DNA of 64,000 nt from the human T2T-CHM13v2.0 reference genome, Homo sapiens. Shown one piece after another: positions 16,191 to 30,775 of this stretch. Where the stretch lies: assembly GCF_009914755.1 (NCBI RefSeq), contig NC_060938.1; one strand, 5' to 3'. Position 1 is the stretch's first letter, and every line of letters starts with the position of its first letter. The translations under genes were made by a program, and so were the position numbers. The notes under the pieces were generated by a model that saw nothing but the letters and a program-made list of their open reading frames with translations, was not told where the DNA came from and searched no databases.

Positions 16191-17414
16191 TCTCCAACAA
16201 TTTGAAATCTAGAAAAGTCCTTGGCTGAAATTCCAGCTTACTCATTTCTCTTGAACTATGGCCTTTCTTCTCTGTTCAGCCCAGCTGCTGAGTTTTATGT
16301 CCATGATGACAGTTTTGATTTCCACTATCTATCATGTTGATTTTATTATGGGTGGAATATCTTCTTACATTTCTGAGGCTGTAAATTGTACTTCCTCTGA
16401 ACTTCCTGTTCTACTTGTTCTTCTAAGTCTCTGTTCCCCAGATTAAGTTCTTTTGTTGAGGAACAGCAAAGCATTGGCTTTCCTCAAATGATAGGCAGCT
16501 CTTGACGTGCCTTCATCTTTGCACCTGAGATACCCTGCTGGATTGTCTGTTGCATCTGCTTATGAGAAAGGCTGAGCTGACCTGTTGTGACTTGTGCGTT
16601 GTGCAGCTTTCTTTCAGGATGGGAGGCTTGGGATAATGTGCCATGCATGTAGTACCATAGCAGTCAGCACTGTCTCATTTCTCTGACCCCAAGTTCTCAC
16701 TGGATAACTCTCCCCATCCCACCTGAGTCAGATACCCCTGTAGCTGCTTTTTGGACTATGCAGGTAGGATATGTAGAAGCTGACCTGCTTGGCCCTTCTG
16801 ATTATCCAATTGGTTACTCTTAAACTTCTCTTGATCCCAGTATCCATACATACACACTCCCTTGGTACTGTGCCCAGATTTTCTAACAGAAAAATTCACT
16901 CTGTGTTTGGGGACCTTACTTTTTCTAATCACTTTCCTTTCATTTCTCATCTTTCAGGAATTTTTCATGCGTTTTGTTCCATCAGGGTTTTCCTTCTTGA
17001 TTTACATAGTGGTTGTGAATTTTAAAAGGAAAATACATGATCATTTCTAGAGATTTTATAAGAAATGAGAAAGCTATGTCTGCAATCTAGAATAGAAATT
17101 GTGTTTCTCTTAAAAAACGGGATTCTGCTGCTCATAATGTTTTGCAAATTATTTTTTTAATGTATCAATAAAACACGGGCATGTTTCCATGAAAGTAGAT
17201 ATGTATTATTTTAATGGCTGCAAAAGTATTCTAGATATAAATGTGCCACACAGACATTCTCCTATTGATGGCCATTTTAGTCTGTTTTCCATTTTTACTA
17301 TTACAAATAATACTGCAGTGAGCATCCTTATGCACTCCTAAATTATTTCTATAGCCTAGATTTTTCAATGTGGATTTGTAATATAAAAGGGAATGTTCAT
17401 AGGACATGGTTTTC

Positions 17415-17417
17415 AAA

Positions 17418-17447
<30 letters not shown>
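17415..17447 (+). repeat. (AAAT)n tetranucleotide microsatellite
   Basis: About 8 perfect AAAT units. Confidence 0.95.
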
Positions 17448-18100
<653 letters not shown>

Positions 18101-18355
18101 GCCCGGCCCTTTTTATGCTTTTGTAACACCCAACTGCATTAGCTCAAGTTTCTCTTTCTGGCATGTTCCATAATTTGGCCACTTCCATCCAGGGAAATGG
18201 CCTTGGAGAGGTCAGGCTCATCACTTATCAGTGTCCTCACTGGGTCAAGGAAATAGCACCAGGACAGAGCAGGAAATTATTTAAAGACCTGGAGAAGTTG
18301 GAGGCCAAAAACCTGTATCACTCATATATTCTAAAAACATTAAATATTGGAGCTA

Positions 18356-18710
<355 letters not shown>

Positions 18711-18983
18711 GTTTACTTAGTTGTGTGTAGGAAAATAACATATCCTAAAATCAGAATATCTTCAGAAGTTTCACATATACCAAGAAACATTTAATTAATC
18801 CCTTTCAGCAAAAAGTTCTTTCCTTCACACCCTAAATTCCTCCTCTCAGTAGAGTCAAATCCCAATATTTGACCTTGTTCTTCTTCTAAGCATTTTATTT
18901 ATCCTGTTCTTTTTTTTATCCTCAAGCACAAACTTGAAAATACCTGTATTGGAACCAGTATCTGGCATATCTACCTTATAACC

Positions 18984-19048
18984 CATCTGCTATAAATCAG
19001 CTCTTTGCAGACAAGTCTAATCTGTAATGAGCTGATTTATAACAGATG
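18984..19048. repeat. Inverted repeat/hairpin (28-nt arms, 9-nt loop)
   Basis: CATCTGCTATAAATCAGCTCTTTGCAGA and TCTGTAATGAGCTGATTTATAACAGATG are complementary at 25/28 positions. Confidence 0.9.
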
Positions 19049-19644
19049 ATCAAAATACCACTAGAATTTACTAGAAATACAGTTTTCATGTGTACTTGCT
19101 ATTTTTCTTAGAAACTATAAGAAAAGCAAAAGCAAGACATAACCAAAAAAAAAGAAGAAAGAGAAAAAGAAAAAAAAGGAAATAATCACTAGCAGATTGT
19201 ATTTTCCAAAATATGTGCACAGCCATGTTCCCAGTTCCACAATCTCAGAACCCTGATGCTTCTCTCATCAAAACATGGAGTTGAATTTCTACCCCTTGAA
19301 TGTAGGTCACTGTGACTGCTCAATAAGTAGAAGCAAATGAAGAGACATTTGTGACTTTTGAGACTAGGACACAAAAGGTGATACAGCTTCCATCTGGCTC
19401 ATTCTCTCTAGGGACACCCACTTTTGGATCACAGCCACCATATTTTGAGGAACCCCACTCCACATGGAGAGGCCACTTGTAAGTGATCTAGCTGACAGGC
19501 CCAGATTATCTCCCAGCCGATGGCCATTATCAGCCACCAAGCATGTGAATAAATAGCTTGCAGATGATTCTAGCCTCCAGCCTTAGAACCTTCCAGCTGA
19601 GGCCTCAGACAATATGGGTTGTAGAAAAGCTATCCTTTCTGTGC

Positions 19645-20806
19645 TGTTATGGTTAATTTTTGTAGCTTCATATTGCCTCCACATCCACTTTGAATATGGG
19701 TTTAACTTACGTAAACCAGAAGCAGAGCTTACTTGCCCTCACCACAATTTCCAGTTCTCTACCTCTTGCCAGTTCCTCAGTGTGATGGACCCAGATAACT
19801 CCTCATACAACACCTCCTGGCGACCACCTCCCAGTGGGACAACTACCTACAACCTATTTGGCTCACCCCACTAACCCCCATAGCCCACATGGACTGTGCA
19901 GATATACCACTGTGACCAATTCTCTGTCACAGTGTGACTCCTCAGAACTCATGCCTGCGTGCTCTAAACCCACCAATTAACTCCCTGAAGGAAAACCTGC
20001 CTGGGTAATACCCTCAATTCCAATAAAGGCACTGGTCTACAAATCCTTTGCTCTCTTTTTCTCTGCTGATTTAATATGTGTGTCCCCGAGGGCTCCCCAC
20101 TTCCTCCTGGCCCTGCAAGGTATGCTGCCCTCTCTTTTCTCTGCAATCTGTGAGTAATACGTTGCTTCTTTTATTTCAGGTATGTTGTTGAGTTACCAGC
20201 TCTGTGTCTCATCTGTCCAACACACTCTAACCTAACTTCTTTCTATCTCAGGGCTCCTCTAGAGAGTGGCTATCTTGGTAGAAGTAAACTGGACACAGGG
20301 GAGACAAGAGCCATAAAGGAACCTGTCAGTATAACAAGTTTCTTGTGATAGGGGTAACTAATCATGGGTTGGACAATTGAGCATTAGGCTGTTGGCCAAA
20401 ATAAACAAGTATCCTGTGTGATCACATTATATGTGGTCTTTTGTTACTGTATCCTTTCACTTGACAAAATATTTTCAGGGTTCATCCACACTGTAGCAGG
20501 TATCAGTCTTTCATTCACTTTCCTGGCTAAGTGGTGTTCCATTGTGGATGTATCACATTTGTGTGTGTGTGTGTGTATGTGTATGTGTGTGCATTCATCA
20601 GTTGATGGACAGTTGAGTTATTTCCACCTTTTGGCTATTGAGAATGGTGCTGTTATAGACATTGATGTACAAAAAGAAGTATCCAGTGAAAGGTACACTG
20701 TAAATATCCATGACCTATACCCCTAGAGCCCAATCAGATCAGGACTAGAGTTAATAGCCACTCTCCTAAGACAGACCTCCAGACCAAATTAGAGGAAAAT
20801 ACAACA
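19645..20806 (+). mobile_element. MER73-like ERVL LTR
   Basis: TTTGAATATGGGTTTAACTT..ACCAGAAGCAG...TTTCCAGTTCTC...CCTCCTGG.GACCACCTCCC. AATAAA at ~20022. Ends AGAGGAAAATACAACA. Confidence 0.65.
20419..20672 (-). mobile_element. Tail-less L1MB-like fragment inside MER73
   Basis: GGTTCATCCAC.CTGTAGC, CATTCATCAGTTGATGGACA..TG.GTT.TTTCCAC. Flanked by 14/16 direct repeats. Confidence 0.75.
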
Positions 20807-21429
20807 GCTCTGTTCAAATTTCTGACACACAAAGAATCTGCAATGAATGGCTGTTTATACCATAAGTTCCCCCCCATTTAAAAAAATTGTGGTAAATATG
20901 CAACATAAAATTTACCATCATAACCATTTCTCAGTGTACAGTTCAGTGATTTAAAATACATTCATAAAGTTATACAACCATTATCACCATCTCTCTCTAC
21001 AGTTTTCATCTTGAACAACTGGAAACTATGTTCATTAAACAATAACTCCCCACTCCCCAAGCCCTTGGCAACTACCATCTACTACTTTCTGTTTCTATGA
21101 TTTCGATAACTCTAAACACCGCATGTAAGTGGACTCATACAATACTTGTCTTTCTGTGACTGGCATTGGTATAAGAATAATGTTTTAATGTTCTTTCATA
21201 CTGCAGCATATGTCAGAATTTCATTTCTTTTTAAAGTTGAGTAATACTCCATTGTATGAATATACCACATATTACTTATCCTGTCAATAGACATTGGGTT
21301 GCCTCCACATTTTAACTATTGTGAGTAATGCTGCAATAAACATGGGTGTACAACTATTTCTTTGGGATCTCCTGTTAATTACTTTGGGCATATGGCAAGA
21401 ATTAATGTTGCTGATTCATATGGTAATTA

Positions 21430-21759
<330 letters not shown>

Positions 21760-22783
21760 CATATGGTAATTATATTTTTAATTTTTGTGGAACAGCCATA
21801 CTGTTTTCAACAGCTATTGTAAAATTTTGCAGTCCCACCAACAGTGCACAGGAGTCCCAATTTCTCCATGTCCTTGCCAATACTTGTTATTTTCTTTTTT
21901 GATAAGGGTTATCATAATAGGTGTGAGGTGGTATCTCATAGTTTTGATATGCATTTTCCTATTAGCGATGTTGACCATCTTTTTGTGTGTTTATTGGTAA
22001 TTTGCATATTTTTTGGAGAAATGTCTACTCAAGTCCTTTGTTCATTTTGAACTGGGTTGTTTCTCTTTTTGCTATTGAGTTTTAAGAGTTATCTATATAT
22101 GCTGGGTATCAATCCCTTATCAGATATATGATTTGCAGATATTTTCTCCCATTCTATGAGCTGCTTGTTTTTACTCTAATGATGTTGTCTTTTGAGGCAA
22201 AATTTTTTAATTCACGAAATTCAATTTGTGTATTTTTGACTTTGTTGCCTGTGCCTTTGGTGTCATGTCCAAAATATCATTGCCAAATCCAATGCCATAA
22301 AGTTTTGCCCAGTGCTTTCTGCTAGGATTTTCATAGTTTACAGTCAAACATTTAGGTTAGAACTTTCAATACTATGTTGAATAGAAGTGAGAACAGTATG
22401 CATCCTTACCTCATTCTCAATCTCAGAGGAAAAGCTTTCCATTTTTCATGATTTGAGTATCATGTTTGCTGTGGGTTTCTCATATATGGCTTTTATTATA
22501 TAGTTTCCTACTATTTTTAGTTTATTACATTTTTTATCACAAAAGGGTGTTAAATCTTGTCAAATACATTTTGTGTATCAATTGAGATGATCATGTGAAT
22601 TCTTTCCTCTTCATTGTGCTAATGATCCCTTCATTCTGTTACATTGATTGATGTGCATATGTTTAACCATCTTTGCATTCTAGGAATAAATTTCACTCAG
22701 TCATGGTGTATAATCCTTTTAAAATGTTGCTGAATTTTTTTTGCTAGTATCTGTTAAGGGCTTTTGCTTAAAAGTTCATAAGG

Positions 22784-23130
<347 letters not shown>

Positions 23131-23904
23131 TTAGTATCAGAGTAATGCTGGCCTCATAGAATAAGTCAAAAAGTATTCCCTCTCATTTTATTTTTTGGAA
23201 AAGTTTAAGAAGGATTGGTGTTGGTTTCTCTTTAAATATTGGGTAGAATTCACTAGCACTAGTAAAGCCATTGATCTAGGACTTTTCTTTGTTGAGAGAT
23301 TTTTGATTATTGACTCAATCGCCTTAATAGTTATAGGTCTACTCAGATTTTGTATTTCTCCATGATTTGTCTTGATAGGTTTTCTGTTTCTAAGAATTTA
23401 TACATTTTCGTTTAGGTTATACAATTTGTTGGCATATAATTGTTCATAGTACTCTTATAATCTTTTTTATTTACACTGAATTGCTAGTAATATGTCCACT
23501 TTGATTTTAGAGATTTGAGTATCCTCTCTTTTCTGATTACTTCATCTAGCTAAAATTTGTTGATTTGGTGGTTTTGTCAAAGAACTAACTTTTGGTTTCA
23601 CTGATTTTCTCTATTATTTTTCTCTTCTGTATCCTGTTTATCTCTGCTGTAATCTTCATTATTTCCTACTTTGTCTAGCTTTGCATTTAGTTAGTTCTTT
23701 TTCTAGTGCCTCAAGTTGTAAATGTTAGGTTGTTGATTTAAGATCTTTATTTTTAACATAAGCATTTATAGTTATAAATTTCATGTCTAATACTGCTTTA
23801 CATACCGTTTTTCCCACCTTGGCTCCCACAAGCTCTTTGCAAGTTGCTCCAGGAACACATGTACGGCTCACTGTCATGTGGCTGAGATAGGTAATTACTA
23901 CTGT

Positions 23905-24092
23905 ACTCATCTGAAATTGACTAAAATTAACCACAATTTACCATCCAAGTCTTTCTTTGTAAGTTGCAAGCCTTCAGTAGACTCCAGAGTCCCAAAATAA
24001 TTACATCGAACAGCTTCTGCTAGTGCAATTGTTGTCTAAGTAGGTAGAGAGATTCCTGGTACTCCCTACTCTTCCATCTTCCCAGAATCCTC
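23905..24092 (-). mobile_element. L1M 5'-end fragment
   Basis: AAGCCTTCAGTAGACTCCAGAGT..CAAAATA...CTCCCTACTCTTCCATCTTCCCAGAATC resembles the antisense of an old L1M 5' terminus. Confidence 0.5.
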
Positions 24093-25928
24093 TCCTTTTT
24101 TAAACCTCAGTCTTGCCACAATATTTTATGTAGTAAGTGGAAAAATCACTGCAACCACTAAAAACAATAAAAAAGTTCTCTTATGCTATTAAAATAAATA
24201 AATATTGAAGGATATATGTTTAGAGCAGTAGGTGTGAACAGGGCTAGACATGTACACCTTTCCACCACTGATGCTGCTTCTAGTGTAGAATTAATGCTTT
24301 CACTAGAGAAGAGAATCAGTATCAATGGATCTGAAGAGATTCAGGAGGGCATCTTTTCCCATCTTTGGGCATTTTCTCCGGTCTATAGTTGGAAAGGTTT
24401 AAAATGGCAATAGATTCTCCTCATGTTTAATTGAACATTGCCCTTGCTATGTGTTAAGGCATCTTCTCTGAGCTTCCTATCTAATGACTTGTCAACCTTG
24501 ACTCCTCCATTCCATACTGCACATTTTTGGCTGAGATTCAGTTCTCTTCCTTAGCACCTATATATTTCCTGTCAGGTTTGCTAGACTTGATTAGAATTAA
24601 TTATTTATTTGGAAGAAATTGGTGTTTATTATTTAGCAAATATATTTCAGAATGCCTTAGCCTCATCTATCAATGCCTCCTTTTTCTTTAGCTTGTGAAA
24701 AAAGCAGTAAGGGCTTTACCCAAGTTATTTATTAGGCCAACCCTGTGAAGAGAAATCAAACTGGTTATGACTTGTTTTTGCTTTTAGTTTTACTGAGAAA
24801 GACTCCTTGAACTAAAAGCTTGATGCAACAGCTAATGGGAAATTTTTTCTCTAGCTCTCTCTTTGTTATTGTGTAAAATAGTCACACAGTTGTGTGTACG
24901 GCATATATTCAATCAGAGATTAAAGCCTCCACTCACATATGGTATCTTCAAATCTGTTTTAGTGAGATTTAATACAAAAAATTACACTGCAGGTAATTCT
25001 AATACAATTGTTATCTGCCTACGTTTATAACCCCTGCCATGCCGTTTTTGGACAAAAATAATGAAATTTCACAGAGGATTAATTTTCTATATCTGTTTTT
25101 TCTTTAATTACCCAATATGGCTATGTGAAAGAAGGGTGAAAAAAATCTTTAAAAACTGGATTCTATTCTGTTGTTTATGTTGAATCTAATGCAGCTGTGA
25201 TTTTCCTCTTCCAGATTTTTCAGACTGAAGACTTTCCACTGATATTGGTATTTTATTTCCCCAGGTGAAACATAGGTAATGAGATGCTGCTGCCCATTTT
25301 GGAGATGAATGTGTTGGAAAGCTGTTAGGATTAAATACCAATTTGCAATTTGTTGGGTTAAATAGTCCAGTATTACTTTAAAGTCACCATCACATAAATA
25401 AAAACAGCCCAAAGTGATTAAAAGTGGGAAATATGTAGCATTGTTAATCTACTCACTGTGTCTGAAAAGTACTAGTGGCTAATTTGTTTATGATCTGGGT
25501 GTGTATGTATGTATATGTGTTCATATTTATAAAATGAAACAAAGACCAGGAAAGTCTATTGTCTGATAGAAATAGCATAAAAACAGGAAAAGCTTTTGTC
25601 CCTGGAGTTATTGGTAACCCTTCTTCTAGTCTACTTTCAGACTGTTTTTCTCAAACAGTTGTAGTGTTGAGAGGGGGGTGCACAGCAGACAATAGGATAT
25701 TACCCCCGCTTCCTCTGCACCTGTAAAAGTAGACTACTATAAGTTTCCATCTCAACCAATCTTCCTTTTTGACAGTTTCCAAGCTTATTTCTACTGTCAT
25801 AACACAATCATGTACACAAGAGACCTCTAAACATAGTGGATATTGCTAGACAATCTTTATTCAATTATGAGCTAAAATATAAGTGGCTAGAACCATACAC
25901 ATGTGCTCATATAAAAATGTGTTTTGTG

Positions 25929-26714
25929 CACATGAAAAAATGCTCATCATCACTGGCCATCAGAGAAATGCAAATCAAAACCGCAATGAGATACCATCTC
26001 ACACCAGTTAGAATGGCAATCATTAAAAAGTCAGGAAACAACAGGTGCTGGAGCGCATGTGGAGAAATAGGAACACTTTTACACTGTTGGTGGGACTGCA
26101 AACTAGTTCAACCATTGTGGAAGTCAGTGTGGCGATTCCTCAGGGATCTAGAACTAGAAATACCATTTGACCCAGCCATCCCATTACTGGGTATATACCC
26201 AAAGGACTATAAATCATGCTGCTATAAAGACACATGCACACATATGTTTAATGCGGCATTATTCACAATAGCAAAAACTTGGAACCAACCCAAATGTCCA
26301 ACAATGATAGACTGGATTAAGAAAATGTGGCACATATACACCATGGAATACTATGCAGCCATAAAAAATGATGAGTTCATGTCCTTTGTAGGGACTTGGA
26401 TGAAATTGGAAATCATCATTCTCAGTAAACTATCGCAAGAACAAAAAACCAAACACCGCATATTCTCACTCATAGGTGGGAATTGAACAATGAGATCACA
26501 TGGACACAGGAAAGGGAATATCACACTCTGGGGACTGTTGTGGGGTGGGGGGAAGGGGGAGGGATAGCATTGGGAGATATACCTAATGCTAGTTGACGAG
26601 TTAGTGGGTGCAGCACACCAGCATGGCACATGTATACATATGTAACTAACCTGCACAATGTGCACATGTACCCTAAAACTTAAAGTATAATAAAAAATAA
26701 TAATAATAAAAAAA
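25929..26714 (+). mobile_element. 5'-truncated L1PA2-like element (ORF2 C-terminus, 3' UTR, A tail)
   Basis: Open ORF2 C-terminus [17 protein letters not shown]...KHRIFSLIGGN. The 3' UTR has GAGATCACATGG, GAATATCAC, TTGGGAG and CACAATGTG, with GAG rather than ACA at the Ta site. Degenerate TSD AAAAA(T)GTGTTTT. Confidence 0.93.
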
Positions 26715-29204
26715 GTGTTTTTTGTTTGTTTGTGGTTTTAAACAAGGTTTTGCTGATTTCAGATTTTGCTTCACATTCTTGCCTGTAGGAGGAATTTCCA
26801 ATGTGTGTTTTATTAGACAATTAATCTCATGCTTTCTAGTTATTGTGATAGAATTTTTGTAGTGGCTATAATTTTCTTTCTTTTTTTCTTTATACACCAC
26901 TACAAAATATCCTTCATCTAGTCAACACTTAACTGTGGTCTATGATGTGTGACCGAATCTGTTGGTAAAGTTATCTATTCATGCAAGAAATCAGTGCATA
27001 CAGATTTGGGAGATAATTAGTTTGTACTCCACAATCTCAGCTATTTTTTCCTTGAAGAAACTCTAGGTATTATTCTTAGACCATTTAGGTTGCAAGTCTT
27101 TTGGTCACTTTTTTTTTTTAATAGCAATTGCCACCACTAAGTATTACTATCATCACATTTTTTTGTAGATACCTACTAGACGTCAGACACTGCTCTAGAT
27201 GCTAGCTAAACATATGTGGCCTCCTTAATTTTTTTGAAGATGATATCAGTCCTGTTTTACATATGAGGAAATCATAGTCATGTGCATAGTGGAAATAGGA
27301 AAACTACTGATGTCAGACAGTTTTGGACTCACTCTCTTCTGCTTTGGAGCTGTATTATGATTGTGCCAGTCATTGGATCTCTTTGAGTCTCAATGGTGTA
27401 TCAGATAAACATGTTTGATTTCAGGTGATCATGATGAAAAAAGCAAATGAAAACAAAAGCAAAATGTAAAAAACTACATTAACACAAAGCCGAAACGGGT
27501 AACCAAACTTTAAGGTCTTTGCTTCCTCTGGTTGCATATATTGTTATTAAAGTTACTCAACTAGAGGAACTTTAACTTCAGATTTTTTTTTCCTTGAATT
27601 GTAATAGAACAACCATTCTCACTGATATGCTGAGGCTTTTAACCAATCAAGGAATGAATTTTATTTGTGCACTATGCACTATGCACATAACTACGATTTG
27701 CTCATATGTAAAATAGGGCTGTTTTTATATATGCATTTAAATTTTAAGCTCCTAAAATATAATTTTGCCCCCATTTTAAAGATTTCTGGACATTATGATA
27801 GAATCTGTGATTAATCAAGGGTTTTGCTCATTTCACTTTGAATCATTGTCTTATTGAAGAAAACCTAAGAATTAACTGGATTGAGGTTGATTTCAAGTCA
27901 TTGTGTCTTTGGTCATTCTTCCTTTTCAAACGAAGTTCTTTAGTTTTTTGGTTTTTGTATTTTGTTTTTACTAATACCTTTAAATCAAGACATGTAACTG
28001 ACACTAATTTAGAAATAATTTTTTAAAGGACACTATGGAGTATACAAGGGAATTTTAAACCTTAGCTATGAAAAGACAATTTACATATCCAGTCTTTAAT
28101 GGTTAATGGAAAACATTAGTCCAGATGTAAAATACTTCTTAGCAAGATTTTAAAGCCTTCATTTGGCCCAGTGTATGAGAAATCTTTGACGCTTTCTCTG
28201 GGCAGAAATGTATATAGTAAAATATCACCTCTGTTTGCCCACAGAGGCAACCTTCTGGGGTTACAGCATCCTAACCTAATTTGAATGGTCTCTGTGATAT
28301 CCTGTGTCCACAAAGGAAGAGCTGTGTATTGATGTCTGACCAATAGCTCATACTACTCTAGAATCTTCCCTTTTCATCTTCTGTTTTCAGATGATCATCA
28401 TAATCCAGGGGGAACATTGTTTTATGCTTAGGGGACCTTTTTCTTCTGAAAACTTCAAGGTGAAACTATCATTAAACCCAAGTGGCAGTCATTATTTGTC
28501 CAAAACTCAAGTGAATATATGAATTGTGACTAAATGGCTAAGGGCTTAGTCACTAACAGAATTCTAAACCTGAATTCTGAACCTATGCATTGTCATATAG
28601 ACTGCAGGGACAGGTTTTATATTAGGGAGGTTCAGTAAGGGAGATATTCTCTAATTGTGGTTAGGGTTTATTCATTTAAAAATACTCAGCACACATTTAT
28701 TGAATGCCTACCATGTGAAATGTAGGCCCTGAGTCCAGTCATTCCCTTGGAACTGCTCTGGGAAAAAAGAAGTATTTTCAGAGGAGATGCTAAGCCCACA
28801 GTCGTTTTCAAGTTCTCAACAGCTAAGACTTTAGAAGTGTGGTTTCACACTAAAATTTTCCAACTGGAATTAAATGCTGGAAAAGACTTGAGAGTCAAAG
28901 ACATAGCTAATTCCACACCCTACAGTCAGATACAGAACACTTAATTAGAAAAGACTTTACTGAAAACACAATTCTCTCTAGTGTAAAGTGTCTTAAGGGG
29001 AATATTCACAATTTTTTTATAGAGGTCCAAACCCATGGTTGTTAGAAATTGCTGTCCTCCTGTTTCCTTGAATTTTAGAGATAATATTTTTCTTTCCCTT
29101 TTTGAACTGTTTATCTCCTGGTATTTCTTCATTATATAATGCTTACTCTATTCCATTATCATTTCCATGGAACTGTGGTTTGGATGTTGATACCTGAACA
29201 ATTT

Positions 29205-29410
29205 ATTTTGTTGTTTGAGACAGAATCTCACTGTCACTCAAGCTGGAGTGCTGTGGAGTGATTGAGGTCCACTGCAATCTCCACATCCTTGTGCTCAGGC
29301 GATCCTTCTACCTTAGGTTCCTGAGTAGCTGGTACTACAGGTGCATGCCACCATGCCCCGCCAAGTTTTGTATTTTTTGTAGAGATGAGGTTTCACCATA
29401 TTTCCCAGGA
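29205..29410 (-). mobile_element. 5'-truncated AluJ
   Basis: Diverged right arm plus part of the left arm. Degenerate TSD TG(A/G)ACAATTT at 29195-29204 and 29411-29420. Confidence 0.8.
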
Positions 29411-30584
29411 TGGACAATTTCTAAAGAGTTGGCCAACCTCTTCCCTGCCTGAAAGGCAACTTGATAATCATCTCAGACTCACTAGAATGTCTGCAATTTA
29501 TATTACATATAAATTAAGAGTAAGTACATTTTTGAGGTAAAATATAAGGCTGAGAAAGCCACATTTAAATAACCCCAGGTGAACATCTCTCTTTAGTTAT
29601 CAGTTTTTAAAATTATTCCCTTATTAAAATCTGAGGTAAATGAAGGCACGAAGGGTCTCTGCCACTTTGATCATTAATTATCTGCTTTTCTTCCCCAGAT
29701 AATGAAAGATAATCTTTTGCCTTTTGGTTTTCTTTCATTTGTATATTAAAGAATGCTTTGCCTGAATACCTTTGACACATTGCATTTCATATCCTGCTTA
29801 GCCTTTTGTGATCCAGAGAGCTTGGCTTTTCTTCCTTAGAAGGCCCATTTACTTAGAGACAAATGATATGAAATAATCAGCAAAAATGGCCTTGGGTGAT
29901 AAACATGTGCCTATGCTGTTCATCTTCATGCCCTTCAACTCAGTGCAAATTAATTTTCTATCCATTAATTAAATCATTAGCTCCTTATGGGCAGAGAGTA
30001 CATCTGTCTCTTTTTCTTCCTCTCTCTCTCCCTTCTCTGTCTCCTTTTCCTTGGTGCCTAGCAGAGTGCAATATACATCGTGAGCACATTGAGAAAAGGG
30101 TACTGGCATACTTTGGAGAAATAGTAATATAATAATAATAAAACCTTCCATTCTCTTTTCTAGTTTCCTAATCTAAACTCTGTATCTTTCTATCAATCAT
30201 TCTTATGGTCCCCCTCAGCTCCCTTCTTTTCAATTGTATTCTTCCCCTAAGAAAATGAACAAACCAATGTCAATTTTCACGTGGCAATCTCATGCATTTC
30301 CATGGCTTTATTTACTATGCATGCAGGTGACAGCCAGATCATTCCATCAATCACAGAGGTAAATTCCCATGAGTCCCCAAGATGCCTCGATTTATTATCC
30401 TTGGACTATTCCCTTTGAGAGATTTATCAGAGAAAGGGTATTTCAGAGAAACCTAAAAATCCTTGCATTGAGTTTCACTCAATCATTCAGACAGTCTAAG
30501 GAATCATATTTGTGAAGGCTTTTGATGCATAGAATAATGCTTAGAGAGAAATAAAACTCACACTGGACTTACACTAGTGAGAAG

Positions 30585-30775
30585 GCCATGATTATAGTGA
30601 TTAAAAATGCAGTGATTCAGATTCAGTCTAGGTTCAAATCACAGCTCACTGATTACTGACTGCGTGTGGGAGCCAGTTTCTGAATCTCATATGAAACAAA
30701 ACAAACAAACAAACAAAAAGAATACCAACCTCATAGGTCTGCTAAGAATTTCAAATGAGATGATATTTATAAGGA
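30585..30775 (+). mobile_element. MIR fragment
   Basis: CTAGGTTCAAATCACAGCTC...TACCAACCTCATAGG...AAATGAGATGAT. Confidence 0.6.

Larger units (their letters stand above)
19189..20868 (+). mobile_element. MLT1 (E/F/G-like) LTR split by MER73 (pieces 19189-19644 and 20807-20868)
   Basis: CTACCCCTTGAAT.TAGG, CAGCCACCAT, TTCCAGCTGAGGCCTCAGACA. It resumes after the insertion as TCAAATTTCTGACACACA. Confidence 0.65.

Noticed and set aside
25114-25125. 12-mer AATATGGCTATG shared with the candidate element near 58390
   Set aside because: Many shared 12-mers are expected by chance among all position pairs in 64 kb of AT-rich DNA.
25836-26486. 216-aa ORF with a unique N-terminus
   Set aside because: Chance in-frame extension (GTG start) of a truncated L1 ORF2 C-terminus into flanking DNA.
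26580-26690. L1HS-Ta (active subfamily) assignment for the 25929 L1
   Set aside because: It carries GAG rather than ACA at the diagnostic site and TTAAAGTAT rather than TTAGAGTAT, plus several private substitutions.
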